Source of the DNA: an uncultured Alteromonadaceae bacterium
GTDB taxonomy: Bacteria; Pseudomonadota; Gammaproteobacteria; Pseudomonadales; Halieaceae
Assembly: GCA_964620555.1 (NCBI GenBank)
Contig: CAZUGZ010000001.1
Coordinates: 13,667 to 77,666, forward strand
Direction of reading: 5' to 3'
Length of the DNA: 64,000 bases
A model generated the notes under the pieces. That model saw only the letters and a program-made list of their open reading frames with translations. It did not search any database and was not told where the DNA came from. Positions within the stretch are counted from its first letter, which is position 1. Each line of letters opens with the position of its first letter. Shown here one piece after another: positions 46,371-56,781 of this stretch. A program made the position numbers and the translations under genes.

Positions 46371-47227
46371 AGGCTGGCACCGGACAGATCGATATGGGTC
46401 TCGCCGAAATGGGGTACCCGCCCGGAAATTCGCAGCGGCAGGCGAGTTTCCCGGTCCACCAGGAAATACACCTGGTCGCGCAAGCCCATCAACTCAAAAT
46501 CGTTCTGCTCGGGCTGCCGTACCGGCACTACCTGCAGTTCGATGCGGTCCGCGGAGACGGTCCCTTCCACCAGTTGCCCTCCTTCTCCCTGCAATCGGTA
46601 GCGAACGGCAACTGGCTGTTGGCCCTGGTTGCGCAACGTTGCCCGGTAAAAATTGTGGTCGGTGTGCAAATAGACTGTCAGGCTGTTGTCTACCGCGGTC
46701 AATTCGCCGGCAGTTGCCAATAGCAGCAGAGCGTACGGTGTCAGCAGGGGAGCGTCCATTTCGGGCAGGGCCAGTGACTCGCTGCTGGTGTCACTCCACT
46801 GCTGGTGGGGCAAGCGGTGTTCGCCCTGGGCCGGTTCCCTGCGCTGCCGCAGAATGTTCTCGGCCGCGTAGTCGAAGGACTTGAAACGCCGGTTCAGGCG
46901 GCCTTCGCTATAGCGCCGTTTGGCAAGTATGTTGCCGCGTGGAGAGGCCAGCAGCAGGGTAACCTGTTCCCGATTGTGTCGCCCCAGGCTGGCGTCCACC
47001 TGCAACTGCCAGTGGCAGCTTCCCCGCGCGTTGCGAACCGGCTGCAGTGCCAATTCGGCGGTGACGCCTCCCAGCGGAGAGGCCTGGTGATAATGCAGCG
47101 TTTGCCAGGGTGGAGCGGCAGTTGCCGGCGCGGCCATCGGCAGTAGCCAACAGCTGACGACAACGGCTGCGCAAAGGCTTGCGATGTTCCGTTCCGGCAG
47201 ATGGCGCTGCCACTTCATCAGCTTCAT
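46367..47227 (-). CDS. Exported protein of unknown function (possibly DUF3108-like)
   Basis: 286 aa. Signal peptide LCAAVVVSCWLLPMAAPATAA, then a predicted beta-rich body. First gene of the three-gene overlapping operon. Confidence 0.5.
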   Translation of the reverse strand: MKLMKWQRHLPERNIASLCAAVVVSCWLLPMAAPATAAPPWQTLHYHQASPLGGVTAELALQPVRNARGSCHWQLQVDASLGRHNREQVTLLLASPRGNILAKRRYSEGRLNRRFKSFDYAAENILRQRREPAQGEHRLPHQQWSDTSSESLALPEMDAPLLTPYALLLLATAGELTAVDNSLTVYLHTDHNFYRATLRNQGQQPVAVRYRLQGEGGQLVEGTVSADRIELQVVPVRQPEQNDFELMGLRDQVYFLVDRETRLPLRISGRVPHFGETHIDLSGASL

Positions 47228-47352
47228 GTCGGATACGCAATGGCACGGAACGGGCCGTCCAATCTATCACAAGCTTGAGAGCGGGGCGATCATCTTGTAG
47301 CCTGCACCCCTGTTGCAGTGCCCGCCCGCACTGCCAGTGAGGAGGCCGATTT

Positions 47353-48255
47353 GTGACCAACTGCGTCTTCATCCACACCAACGAGCGTCAGTGGCTGGGC
47401 GCACTGGTTGCCGAGTATTCGCTGCGCCGCAACAGTCGCACTGCGGACGAGTTTGAAGTCCGGTTGCTGCATACCCGTGACTTCGACTATCTCAGTGCGC
47501 GCGAAGGCCAGGACTACCTGCGTGCCGGCAGTTCACGCACCTGGCGCATGGACGATCTGCAATCCTTTACTCCCTTGCGTTTTCTGCCTCCCGCGCTGAT
47601 GCAGTGGCAGGGCCGGGCAGTGGTGATGGACCCCGACATTTTTGCGGTGGGCGATATCTGTGAACTGCTGGGCCGCGATATGGAGGGCGCCGCGGTGATG
47701 GGCAGGCACCGCTACCGGCAGGCTGCCAAGCAACACCTCGTGGCTACCAGCGTCATGCTGCTGGACTGTGCCCGGCTGCGGCATTGGGATGGGCCAGCCC
47801 AGTTCGAGGAACTGTTCCGATTCGAGCGCGATTACAAGGAGTGGATGGTACTGGCCCATGAGGACCCGGCCAATGTCGGCTTTCTGGAGCCCTGCTGGAA
47901 CGACTTCGACCACTTCGATGACGACACCCGGCTGCTGCACAACACCAAGCGTCGCACCCAGCCCTGGAAGACCGGTCTGCCGGTGGACTACACGCCCGCC
48001 GACAAATTCAAGCGCCTGCCGCTGCTGCGGCGGCTAAACCGCGCCCGCGCCCGCTGGCTGGGGGAATACGCGCTGCTGGGGCGCTACCGCCAGCATCCCG
48101 ACCAGCGCCAACAGGACTACTTTTTTGGCCTGCTCAAGGAATGCCTCGACTGCGGCCAACTGACGGAAGGCCTGCTCAGGGAAGAAATTGCCCGTCGCCA
48201 CCTGCGCCCCGACGCACTGCAGGTGTTGGCGCGCACTCCCGACCTGCGGCACTGA
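47353..48255 (+). CDS. GT8-like nucleotide-diphospho-sugar glycosyltransferase, paralogue B
   Basis: GTG start, 300 aa. MTNCVFIHTNERQ, AVVMDPDIFA, TSVMLLDCARLRHW, HNTKRRTQPWKTGLP. Collinear with paralogue A. Confidence 0.6.
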   Translation: MTNCVFIHTNERQWLGALVAEYSLRRNSRTADEFEVRLLHTRDFDYLSAREGQDYLRAGSSRTWRMDDLQSFTPLRFLPPALMQWQGRAVVMDPDIFAVGDICELLGRDMEGAAVMGRHRYRQAAKQHLVATSVMLLDCARLRHWDGPAQFEELFRFERDYKEWMVLAHEDPANVGFLEPCWNDFDHFDDDTRLLHNTKRRTQPWKTGLPVDYTPADKFKRLPLLRRLNRARARWLGEYALLGRYRQHPDQRQQDYFFGLLKECLDCGQLTEGLLREEIARRHLRPDALQVLARTPDLRH

Positions 48256-48296
48256 TTCAGCATCATCCAGGACCTCAAAAGACACGGAATTCCGTC

Positions 48297-48325
48297 TTGT
48301 ATTGCCGTGGTCGGATAGGTAGAAT
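48297..48325 (+). promoter_or_regulatory. Candidate sigma-70 promoter of rplM-rpsI (TTGTAT, 17-nt spacer, TAGAAT)
   Basis: Read directly. The -10 element lies 40 nt upstream of the rplM ATG. Confidence 0.45.
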
Positions 48326-48364
48326 CGCCGCTCTCAAAACGGAAGGCCCGGCAAGGCAGGAACA

Positions 48365-48793
48365 ATGAAAACCTACAGCGCCAAGGCGCACCTGGTCGAG
48401 CGCGACTGGTACCTGGTGGATGCGGAGGAAAAGACGCTGGGCCGTCTGGCCAGCGGAATCGCACACCGCCTGCGCGGCAAGCACAAGGCCGAGTACACGC
48501 CACACGTCGATACGGGTGATTACATCGTCGTTATCAACGCCGCCAAAGTGAAAGTCAGCGGCAACAAGCGCAGTGACAAAATCTATCATCACCACAGTGG
48601 ATACCCGGGTGGGCTCAAGTCCATTTCCTTTGAGAAACTGTTGGACAAGGCTCCCGAGAAGGTGCTTTCGCGTGCGGTAAAAGGCATGCTGCCCCGCAAC
48701 CCCCTGGGTCGGGCCATGTTCAGGAAACTGAAAATCTATGCGGGTAGCGAGCATCCCCATGCCGCCCAGCAACCACGCCCGCTCAACATCTAA
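48365..48793 (+). CDS. rplM: 50S ribosomal protein L13
   Basis: 142 aa. [59 protein letters not shown]. Confidence 0.97.
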   Translation: MKTYSAKAHLVERDWYLVDAEEKTLGRLASGIAHRLRGKHKAEYTPHVDTGDYIVVINAAKVKVSGNKRSDKIYHHHSGYPGGLKSISFEKLLDKAPEKVLSRAVKGMLPRNPLGRAMFRKLKIYAGSEHPHAAQQPRPLNI

Positions 48794-48801
48794 GGACTGC
48801 C

Positions 48802-49194
48802 ATGCCAGCCAAGCAATATTACGGAACCGGTCGCCGCAAGACCTCGACAGCTCGAGTGTTCCTGCGCACCGGGAAGGGCAGCATCACTATCAACCGCCGT
48901 CCTCTCGACCAGTACTTCGGCCGCGAGGTGGCACGCATGATCGTACGCCAGCCTCTGCAACTGGCTGATCTGGAGTCCAATTTTGACATCCGGGTCACAG
49001 TCAACGGCGGTGGCAGTTTCGGTCAGGCCGGCGCCATTCGGCACGGCATTACCCGGGCACTGTTGCACTACGATGAATCGTTGCGCCCCACGTTGCGCGC
49101 CGCGGGTTTTGTTACCCGGGACGCGCGCGAGGTCGAACGCAAGAAGGTCGGTTTGCGCAAGGCGCGCAAACGCCCGCAGTATTCCAAGCGATAA
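48802..49194 (+). CDS. rpsI: 30S ribosomal protein S9
   Basis: 130 aa. [16 protein letters not shown]...[19 protein letters not shown]...[17 protein letters not shown]. Confidence 0.97.
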   Translation: MPAKQYYGTGRRKTSTARVFLRTGKGSITINRRPLDQYFGREVARMIVRQPLQLADLESNFDIRVTVNGGGSFGQAGAIRHGITRALLHYDESLRPTLRAAGFVTRDAREVERKKVGLRKARKRPQYSKR

Positions 49195-49301
49195 CTGCCA
49201 GTCGTGTACGGTGGCATTCGGGGTCATTGTGGCGGCGTTCCATGCCTTGTATCTGAATGCCGATATCAACAACGGAAATGTAGACGGGGGAATATCCAGT
49301 A

Positions 49302-49898
49302 ATGAGTAGTGACGGTGTCAACACCGGTCGCAGGCGCTTCCTGAGTGTGGCCACCAGCGCGGTTGCCGCCGCGGGCGTGGCGGGTGCGGCGGTGCCGTTT
49401 GTGGCGTCCTGGAACCCCAGCGCTCGCGCCAGGGCGGCGGGAGCGCCGGTAAAGTTCGATGTCAGCAAAATCGAACCCGGTCAGATGGTGGTTGTGGAGT
49501 GGCGCGGCAAACCGGTGTACGTGATGCGCCGCACCAGCGAACAGGTTGCCGAACTCGATGCCCTCGAACCCGAACTGAAAGACCCGGATTCAGAAATTTC
49601 ACAACAACCGGACTACGTGGCGATGCCGACGCGTTCCATCAGGCCCGAAATCCTGGTGGTGATCGGCCTCTGCACCCACCTGGGATGTACACCGAAATTC
49701 CGCCCCGAGGTCGGGGTTGCAGATCTCGGTGGTGAAAGCTGGCGGGGCGGGTTTTTCTGTCCCTGCCACGGCTCCCGTTTCGACCTTTCGGGTCGGGTCT
49801 ATGCCGGGGTGCCGGCATCGACCAACCTGGAGGTTCCACCCTATGCCTTCCAGGACGATCAGGTCATCGTCATCGGCGTCGATCAGGAGGCTGCCTGA
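49302..49898 (+). CDS. petA: Ubiquinol-cytochrome c reductase Rieske iron-sulfur subunit
   Basis: 198 aa. Tat-like leader RRRFLSVATSAVAAAG. CTHLGC...CPCHGSRFD. Confidence 0.95.
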   Translation: MSSDGVNTGRRRFLSVATSAVAAAGVAGAAVPFVASWNPSARARAAGAPVKFDVSKIEPGQMVVVEWRGKPVYVMRRTSEQVAELDALEPELKDPDSEISQQPDYVAMPTRSIRPEILVVIGLCTHLGCTPKFRPEVGVADLGGESWRGGFFCPCHGSRFDLSGRVYAGVPASTNLEVPPYAFQDDQVIVIGVDQEAA

Positions 49899-51919
49899 TG
49901 ACTAAAGTACTGATCGGCTTGCGCGACTGGGTCGATGCACGCCTGCCCATTCAGCGTGGCTGGGATACCCACCTGGGCCGCTATTACGCCCCTAAAAATT
50001 TCAATTTCTGGTACTACTTTGGTGCGCTGTCACTGTTGGTGCTGGCAAATCAGTTGATTACCGGCATCTGGCTGACCATGAGTTATGTACCCTCCGAAGA
50101 GGGCGCCTTCGCCTCGGTGGAGTACATCATGCGCGACGTCGATGGTGGTTGGCTGCTGCGTTACCTGCACTCCACCGGCGCCTCCGCCTTCTTTATCGTG
50201 ATCTACCTGCACATGTTCCGGGCCCTGCTGTACGGCTCCTATAAAAAACCCAGGGAACTGATCTGGGTTTTCGGCATGTTGATATTCCTGGTGGTGATGG
50301 CCGAGGCTTTCTTCGGCTATGTGCTGCCCTGGGGCCAGATGTCCTACTGGGGCGCCCAGGTCATCATCTCTCTGCTCGGGGCCATACCCGTGGTGGGGGA
50401 GGAACTGGTGGTGTGGGTGCGCGGAGACTACCTGATTTCCGGTATTACCCTGAACCGCTTTTTCGCCCTGCACGTGGTGGCGTTGCCGATCGTCCTGCTG
50501 GCGCTGGTGTTGCTGCACCTGCTGGCGCTGCACGAGGTGGGTTCCAACAACCCCGACGGGGTGGATATCAAGCGCCACAAGGATGAGCAGGGCCGGCCGC
50601 TGGACGGTGTCCCCTTTCACCCCTACTACGTGGTACACGACCTGCCGGCGGTGGCGGTCTTTCTGTTCGTGTTTTGCACCGTGTTGTTCTTCTTCCCGGA
50701 GATGGGGGGATTGTTCCTGGAATACCCCAACTTTGAACGGGCCAATTCCCTGAAAACCCCCGAGCACATCGCCCCGGTCTGGTATTTCACTCCATACTAT
50801 TCGATCTTGCGGGCGGTGCCCGACAAGTTCTGGGGTTTCATTGGCTTCGCGGCGGCCCTGGCGCTGCCCTTCGTCCTGCCCTGGCTGGACCGCAGCCCGG
50901 TCAGGTCCTGGCGCTATCGCGGCCTCATGACGCGGCTGATGCTGGTACTGTTCGTCTCCGCTTTCATCATCCTGGGAGTACTGGGAGTTCGGGTGCCGAC
51001 ACCGGCGCGCACCCTGTTGGCACAAATCTGCTCGGTGATCTATTTTGCCTTCTTCCTGTTGATGCCGGTATGGACTGCCATGGAGAAAACCAAACCGGTA
51101 CCCGAGCGTACCACCGACGACGGCGGCATCGGCTTCTGGGGTTCCATGGCGGCGCTGCTGCTGATCCTGGGGCTGGTATTCCTGCCCTTGAAGGCCGTGG
51201 GCGCAGAGCAAGCCGAGCTGGATCACATGCAGGTGGACCTGGAGAACCGCTCGTCCCTGCAGGCCGGCGCCCACAGCTACATCAACTACTGTATGGGCTG
51301 TCACTCCCTGCAATATTCCCGCTATGAGCGCGTCGCCGATGACCTGGGTATTCCCCATGACCTGATGCTCGACAACATGGTGTTCGATCCGGAACTGAAA
51401 ATCGGCGCACTGATGGAAAACAACATGGACGAGGACCAGGCCAAGCGCTGGTTCGGTGTCGCACCACCCGACCTGACGCTGGTGGCACGTGCGCGCGGGG
51501 TGGATTGGCTATACACCTACCTGCGCGGGTTTTACGCGGACCCGCAGCGACCCTACGGGGTCAACAACCAGCTCTTTCCCGATGTGGCCATGCCCCATGC
51601 CCTGCTGGACCTGCAGGGGTTGCAGGAATGTGATCCGGATCCGGTGGCGGTAGCCCGTGGCAATATCCGGCGCGATCCCCTGACCGGCCGCGACATTCCC
51701 CTGGACCCCTGCGCCAAACTGCGTCTGGCCGAGGAGGGAGAATTGTCCGCCGAGGAATTTGACGGCGCAGTGTACGACCTGGTCAATTTCCTCGCCTACG
51801 TGGGTGAGCCCGCCGCCCTGAAACGGGAACGCCTCGGTGTCTACGTGCTGTCGTTTATCGCCGTATTTTTTGTTTTCACCCGGCTGCTGGACCGGGAATA
51901 CTGGAAAGACGTTCACTGA
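49898..51919 (+). CDS. Fused cytochrome b / cytochrome c1 (FbcH-like single ORF)
   Basis: 673 aa continuous ORF. The N-terminal ~410 aa are cytochrome b ([40 protein letters not shown]). The C-terminal ~250 aa are cytochrome c1 (haem site [20 protein letters not shown]-terminal anchor [15 protein letters not shown]). Confidence 0.9.
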   Translation: MTKVLIGLRDWVDARLPIQRGWDTHLGRYYAPKNFNFWYYFGALSLLVLANQLITGIWLTMSYVPSEEGAFASVEYIMRDVDGGWLLRYLHSTGASAFFIVIYLHMFRALLYGSYKKPRELIWVFGMLIFLVVMAEAFFGYVLPWGQMSYWGAQVIISLLGAIPVVGEELVVWVRGDYLISGITLNRFFALHVVALPIVLLALVLLHLLALHEVGSNNPDGVDIKRHKDEQGRPLDGVPFHPYYVVHDLPAVAVFLFVFCTVLFFFPEMGGLFLEYPNFERANSLKTPEHIAPVWYFTPYYSILRAVPDKFWGFIGFAAALALPFVLPWLDRSPVRSWRYRGLMTRLMLVLFVSAFIILGVLGVRVPTPARTLLAQICSVIYFAFFLLMPVWTAMEKTKPVPERTTDDGGIGFWGSMAALLLILGLVFLPLKAVGAEQAELDHMQVDLENRSSLQAGAHSYINYCMGCHSLQYSRYERVADDLGIPHDLMLDNMVFDPELKIGALMENNMDEDQAKRWFGVAPPDLTLVARARGVDWLYTYLRGFYADPQRPYGVNNQLFPDVAMPHALLDLQGLQECDPDPVAVARGNIRRDPLTGRDIPLDPCAKLRLAEEGELSAEEFDGAVYDLVNFLAYVGEPAALKRERLGVYVLSFIAVFFVFTRLLDREYWKDVH

Positions 51920-51950
51920 CCCCAGCCGGGTAAAATACGAGGTTTTTTAC

Positions 51951-52583
51951 ATGGGCACCGTGGCAAAACAGTCTTCCATGACCTTTTACTCCGATAGTAA
52001 TAGCCACTACAGTCACCGGGTGCGTATTGTGCTGGCAGAGAAGGGGGTAACTGTCGATGTGGTACCGGCAGATGAAGCCCGACCACCCCGGGAACTGGCG
52101 GACCTCAACCCCTACAACAGTTTGCCCACCCTGGTGGACCGCGATCTGGTGCTGTATGAATCCAAGGTGATGATGGAGTACCTGGACGAGCGTTTCCCCC
52201 ACCCGCCGCTATTGCCGGTATACCCGGTTGCGCGTGCCGAAAGCCGCCTCTACATTCACCGCATCGAGCGGGACTGGTGTTCCCTGACCGATGCCATCCT
52301 GCGCAGTCGTTCCGAAAAAGTGGTGAGCAAGGCCACCCGCGAACTGCGTGAGGGACTGCTGGCGGTGTCGCCCATTTTCGCCGAAAAGAAGTTCTTCATG
52401 AGTGAGGAATTCACCCTGGTGGACTGTTGCATCGCACCCCTGCTGTGGCGCCTGCCAGTGCTGGGTATCGAATACCGGCTCAACAAGCAATCCCGGCCTC
52501 TGTTTGACTACATGGACCGCCTGTTCCAGCGGGAGCCGTTTCAGGCCAGCCTGTCCGAGCAAGAGTATGAAATGCGTCTGTGA
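51951..52583 (+). CDS. sspA: Stringent starvation protein A
   Basis: Start [17 protein letters not shown] fold. [40 protein letters not shown]. Confidence 0.93.
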   Translation: MGTVAKQSSMTFYSDSNSHYSHRVRIVLAEKGVTVDVVPADEARPPRELADLNPYNSLPTLVDRDLVLYESKVMMEYLDERFPHPPLLPVYPVARAESRLYIHRIERDWCSLTDAILRSRSEKVVSKATRELREGLLAVSPIFAEKKFFMSEEFTLVDCCIAPLLWRLPVLGIEYRLNKQSRPLFDYMDRLFQREPFQASLSEQEYEMRL

Positions 52584-52612
52584 ATCGGCGGGCCTGAGGG
52601 TGGGTTGACGGC

Positions 52613-52999
52613 ATGGCAATGAGTTCCAGCAGAGCCTACCTGATGCGCGCCCTGTACGACTGGATACTCGACAATGAGTGTACGCCCTACGTGCTGGTCA
52701 ATGCCATGGCCGACGGGGTGGAAGTGCCCCAGCAATACGTCAAGAATGGTCAGATCGTCCTCAATATCTCACCACTGTCGGTGGCCGACCTCGATATCGG
52801 CAATACCTGCATGAGCTTCAACGGTCGTTTCGGTGGGATTGCCACCGATGTGGTAGTCCCCTCCGCCGCAATCATCGGTATCTATGCCCGGGAAAACGGT
52901 CAGGGCATGATGTTTGAAGGGGAGGTAGGCCCCGAGTCTCCCACGCCCCCCACTTCGCCCCGGCAGCAGCGCAAACCCTCGCTGAAAGTAGTCAAGTAA
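52613..52999 (+). CDS. sspB: ClpXP adaptor SspB
   Basis: 128 aa. RAYLMRALYDWILDNECTPYVLVNA...IVLNISP, and a C-terminal ClpX-binding tail ...KPSLKVVK. Confidence 0.93.
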   Translation: MAMSSSRAYLMRALYDWILDNECTPYVLVNAMADGVEVPQQYVKNGQIVLNISPLSVADLDIGNTCMSFNGRFGGIATDVVVPSAAIIGIYARENGQGMMFEGEVGPESPTPPTSPRQQRKPSLKVVK

Positions 53000-53011
53000 G
53001 CTGCTCCGATA

Positions 53012-53779
53012 TCAGCGGGTCGGCGGGCGCACCCGCAGCGTCTGGCCGTGCAGCGTAGCGCCGTCTTTACCCATCAGGTACAGGTAGGCGGGCATGAGCT
53101 GCTCCGCACCGGGCAGGCTGGCGGGATCTTCCGCCGGGTAGGCGGCGGCCCGCATGGCGGTGCGGGTGGCCCCGGGGTTGAGACTGTTGACGCGAATGCC
53201 ACTGGTGTTTTCCAACTCCTCGGCCAGAACCTGCATCAGTCCCTCGACCGCAAACTTGGAGACCGCGTAAGCACCCCAGTAGGCGCGTCCGCGACGACCC
53301 ACCGACGACGAAGTGAAAACCACCGATGCCTGCTCGGCTCTTTGCAGAGCCGGCAGCACGGCCTGGGTGAGAAGCATCTGCGCGGTGACGTTTACCGTCA
53401 GCACCTGTTGCCAGGTATTCAGGTTTGCACTGGCCAGCGGAGCGCGTTCTCCCAACATGCCGGCATTGTTGAGTAGGCCGTGCAGAGAACCCAGTTGGGA
53501 GTCGACTGCATCACCGAGCCGTTGGTAATCAGCCAGATCGGCGCTGAGCAGGTCCAGTTCGAACAGCAGTGGCTGGGGCTGGCCGGCAGCGACGATTCCA
53601 TCGTATACCGTTTCCAGTTTGGACAGGGTTCGCCCCAGCAGAATCACCGTGGCGCCGTGGCCGGCAAAGGCTTGTGCGGCAGCCCTGCCGATACCGTCTC
53701 CAGCACCACTGACCAGTATGTTGTGGCCCTGCAGCAACTTCGCCGGGGCCCGATAGTCGGTTCCAATGTCGCGTTCCAT
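53012..53779 (-). CDS. yciK: YciK-family SDR oxidoreductase
   Basis: Start MERDIGTDY at 53779. ILVSGAGDGIGRAAAQAFAGHGATVILLGR, NNAG, YAVSKFA. Confidence 0.85.
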   Translation of the reverse strand: MERDIGTDYRAPAKLLQGHNILVSGAGDGIGRAAAQAFAGHGATVILLGRTLSKLETVYDGIVAAGQPQPLLFELDLLSADLADYQRLGDAVDSQLGSLHGLLNNAGMLGERAPLASANLNTWQQVLTVNVTAQMLLTQAVLPALQRAEQASVVFTSSSVGRRGRAYWGAYAVSKFAVEGLMQVLAEELENTSGIRVNSLNPGATRTAMRAAAYPAEDPASLPGAEQLMPAYLYLMGKDGATLHGQTLRVRPPTR

Positions 53780-53789
53780 CAGGTTTTCC

Positions 53790-54473
53790 TCAGTCCAGCA
53801 GGGTAGCCAGGGTGGGGGCCAGTTCGAAGCAGTCGCGAACCACGGCGTCCGCGCCCCAGTGGCCGGGGTCGTCGCCCGCCGCCAGGTAACCGTAGGCAGC
53901 GGCAATGGTGCCCAGGCCGGCGGCGCGCCCCGCCTCGATGTCCCGCGGGTGGTCACCCACGTACACCGCCTGCTTCGGGTCGCAGCCAAGTTGCCGGCAA
54001 TTCAGCAGCAGCGGTTCCGGGTCCGGTTTGGGCCGACTGACGTGGTCGGGGCAAACCAGGCTCTGGGGAGCGGGTTCCAGGCCCACCCGTTGCAGCAACG
54101 GTTGTGCGTAGATGCTGGGTTTATTGGTGGAAACTCCCCAGCGAATGCCACCCCGATGCAGTTGTGACAGCAGCTCCTGCATACCGTCATAGGCGGTGGT
54201 TTGGGTGCCCAGAACCTCTCCGTAGAGTTCCAGCAGGCGCAGGCGTTCTTTTTCGAACTCCCGGTCCTGCGGTTCCAGCCCCAGCGCCAGTGTGACCAGG
54301 GCGCGGGCACCATTGGATACCGAGGCGCGAATGCGCTCGGCGGGCAATCCGCCCATGCCGTGCTCGTGCCGCAACTGCTGAACCGCTGTGATGAATTCCG
54401 GTGCCGTGTCGAGCAGGGTGCCGTCGAGGTCGAAGATCACTGCCTGCAAGCGCGGGGAAAACTTCTGGCTCAC
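53790..54473 (-). CDS. HAD-IA phosphatase, phosphoglycolate phosphatase-like (Gph/MupP family)
   Basis: GTG start overlapping the ubiG stop (GTGA). [36 protein letters not shown]. The position ubiG-HAD-yciK matches the pseudomonad arrangement. Confidence 0.8.
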   Translation of the reverse strand: MSQKFSPRLQAVIFDLDGTLLDTAPEFITAVQQLRHEHGMGGLPAERIRASVSNGARALVTLALGLEPQDREFEKERLRLLELYGEVLGTQTTAYDGMQELLSQLHRGGIRWGVSTNKPSIYAQPLLQRVGLEPAPQSLVCPDHVSRPKPDPEPLLLNCRQLGCDPKQAVYVGDHPRDIEAGRAAGLGTIAAAYGYLAAGDDPGHWGADAVVRDCFELAPTLATLLD

Positions 54474-55183
54474 AGGGGTTTGACCGCATGCAGCAGATAA
54501 TTGACGCTGACATCGTGCTGTTCCAGCCAGTAGCGTTTGCTCAGCGGGTTGTAGCGCAGCCCGGTGATGTGCCGCAGCTCCAGGTTGGCGGCGCGAAGCC
54601 AGCCATGCAATTCCGAGGGTTTGATGAACCTGGCGTAATCGTGGGTTCCCCGGGGAAGCAGCCCGAGCACGTACTCGGCGCCGACCACCGCGAATAACCA
54701 GGATTTGGGATTGCGATTGATAGTGGAGAAATAGAGGTTGCCCCCGGGTTTGCACAGGTCGGCGCAGGCTGCCACCACTGCGGCCGGGTCCGGCACGTGC
54801 TCCAGCAGTTCAAGGCAACAGACCAGGTCAAAGGACTGGGGAGCAGCGGCCGCCAATTCTTCGGGACTGCTGTTTCGGTAATCCACCGTCAGGCCGGATT
54901 CCAGTTGATGGATGCGGGCTACGGCCAGCGGCGCCTCCCCCTTGTCGATTCCGGTCACCTCGGCACCCCGCTGGGCCAGTGCCTCGGCCAGGATGCCGCC
55001 GCCGCAGCCGACGTCCACCACCCGCTGGCCGACTACGGGCGAACGCTGGTCTATGTAGTTGGCGCGCAGGGGATTGATGTCGTGCAGGGGTTTGAACTCA
55101 CTGCCCCTGTCCCACCAGCGCGAGGCCAGGGCCTCGAATTTGGCGATTTCCGCAGGGTCCACATTTTGCCCGGTGGCATTCAT
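54470..55183 (-). CDS. ubiG: Bifunctional 3-demethylubiquinol 3-O-methyltransferase / 2-polyprenyl-6-hydroxyphenol methylase
   Basis: 237 aa. [22 protein letters not shown] motif [22 protein letters not shown]. Confidence 0.93.
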   Translation of the reverse strand: MNATGQNVDPAEIAKFEALASRWWDRGSEFKPLHDINPLRANYIDQRSPVVGQRVVDVGCGGGILAEALAQRGAEVTGIDKGEAPLAVARIHQLESGLTVDYRNSSPEELAAAAPQSFDLVCCLELLEHVPDPAAVVAACADLCKPGGNLYFSTINRNPKSWLFAVVGAEYVLGLLPRGTHDYARFIKPSELHGWLRAANLELRHITGLRYNPLSKRYWLEQHDVSVNYLLHAVKPL

Positions 55184-56505
55184 GCGGGTGCCTCAAAGCG
55201 GCGAATACGCGTTTGCCAGGCGGCTGCCCGGGCACTGATCTGTTCCAGGTTCAGGGTGTGTACCTGGCGCCGGGACATCAGGTTCCTGCCCGCCACCCAG
55301 CAGTGGCTGACCAGGTTGGCGCCGCCAGCGTAAATGAGTTGTGAAATGGGGTGATACAGCGGCTGGGTTTCCGGGTGGGACAGGTCCAGTGCGATCAGGT
55401 CTGCGAATTTGCCGACTTCCAGGCTGCCCAGTCGCTCCTCCTGGCCCAGTGCCCGGGCGCCGTCGATGGTTGCCATGCTCAGCAGGCGGCTGGCGGGGAG
55501 GGCAGCGGCATCGCGGTTGTGCAACTTGGCGAGCAGGCCGGCGCTGCGCATTTCGCCCAGCAGGCTGAGATCGTTGTTGCTGGCGGCGCTATCGGTGCCC
55601 AGGGCGACATTGACCCCGGCGGCCTGCAATTCGACTACCGGGCAAACTCCGGATGCCAGTTTCATATTGGAATCCGGGCAGTGCACCACGTGGGCACCGG
55701 TGGTCGCCAGCAGTGCAATATCCTCCGGGTTCACTTCGGTCATGTGCACGCACTGGGTGCGAGGTCCCAGCAGCCCCAGTTGGTTCAGGTCCGACAGCGG
55801 GCGGCTGCCGCCGGCAGCAACCGCGTGGGCGACCTCCCGGGCGGTTTCGTGCAAGTGAATCTGAACCGGCAGGTCCAGTTCGTCGGCCAGGATGGCGATT
55901 TTTTCCAGCGTCGGCCTGGACACGGTGTAGGGCGCGTGTGGCCCAAAGGCTACCTGCAACAGCTCGCTGTGCCGGTAGTCGTCGTGCAGGGCCAGACCCC
56001 GGTCGATGTAGTCCTGGGCGCCACTGGCCCAGGCACTGGCGAAATCGAGTATGGGGAAGCTGAGCTGGCAGCGCATTCCGGCCTGCAGGCAGCAGCGGGC
56101 CGCGATATTGGGAAAGAAGTACATGTCACTGTAGCAGGTGGTGCCGGAACGGATCATTTCCAGCAGCGCCAGATTGACCCCGTCGCGGACGAATTCCTCG
56201 CTCAGGAATTCGCTCTCCAGCGGCCAGATGCGTTGCTCCAGCCACGGCTCCAGGGGCAGGTCGTCGGCGTAGCCGCGCAGCAGGGACATGGCGGCGTGGC
56301 CGTGGCAGTTGATCAAACCCGGCAACAGGGCGTGGCCGGGCAGTTCAATCACTTCCCCGGCCTCCACCGAACCCAGTGCGTCCGGCGGCCATATACCGCT
56401 GATGCGCTCGCCGGTGATGCCCAGGGCATGTCCCTGCCACACCTGTCCCTCGGGAACCACTGGTATCAGCCAACCCGGGACGATCAGTGTATCTACGGTT
56501 TCCAT
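55180..56505 (-). CDS. mtaD: TRZ/ATZ-family amidohydrolase (5'-methylthioadenosine/SAH deaminase-like)
   Basis: Start [12 protein letters not shown] at 56505. [17 protein letters not shown] metal-binding Hx[18 protein letters not shown]. Confidence 0.8.
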   Translation of the reverse strand: METVDTLIVPGWLIPVVPEGQVWQGHALGITGERISGIWPPDALGSVEAGEVIELPGHALLPGLINCHGHAAMSLLRGYADDLPLEPWLEQRIWPLESEFLSEEFVRDGVNLALLEMIRSGTTCYSDMYFFPNIAARCCLQAGMRCQLSFPILDFASAWASGAQDYIDRGLALHDDYRHSELLQVAFGPHAPYTVSRPTLEKIAILADELDLPVQIHLHETAREVAHAVAAGGSRPLSDLNQLGLLGPRTQCVHMTEVNPEDIALLATTGAHVVHCPDSNMKLASGVCPVVELQAAGVNVALGTDSAASNNDLSLLGEMRSAGLLAKLHNRDAAALPASRLLSMATIDGARALGQEERLGSLEVGKFADLIALDLSHPETQPLYHPISQLIYAGGANLVSHCWVAGRNLMSRRQVHTLNLEQISARAAAWQTRIRRFEAPA

Positions 56506-56781
56506 ACTGGGGCACAGTATAACCCGTGGCCGGAGGTTTGCTCGCGCACGTGCGGCTCGGCTGCAAGCGGAGATTTCCTCGTATCTGGTCACCCCTGCTC
56601 AGAGTTGGCTGCGCCGCGGTTGCGATTCTGCGAATCGGCCTGCATACTCGAAAAATTGACTACAGAGCTCAGTTCGGTGCCCCGTTTCGTGTACTTGTGA
56701 ATAAGTGGAGGGAAGGGTCAGGTCTGGAAGTAGCGGAATGTTTGGGGTACGCGGCGGCGCATTGAATCAAGAATAGACACG

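Noticed and set aside
48281-48296. Palindrome ACGGAATTCCGT after the GT8-like gene as a rho-independent terminator
   Set aside because: The stem is short with essentially no loop and no T-tract, and it overlaps the proposed rplM -35 region.
50030-51358. 442-aa minus-strand ORF
   Set aside because: Antisense to cytochrome b/c1.
55351-56700. 449-aa plus-strand ORF
   Set aside because: Antisense to the amidohydrolase (mtaD-like) gene.
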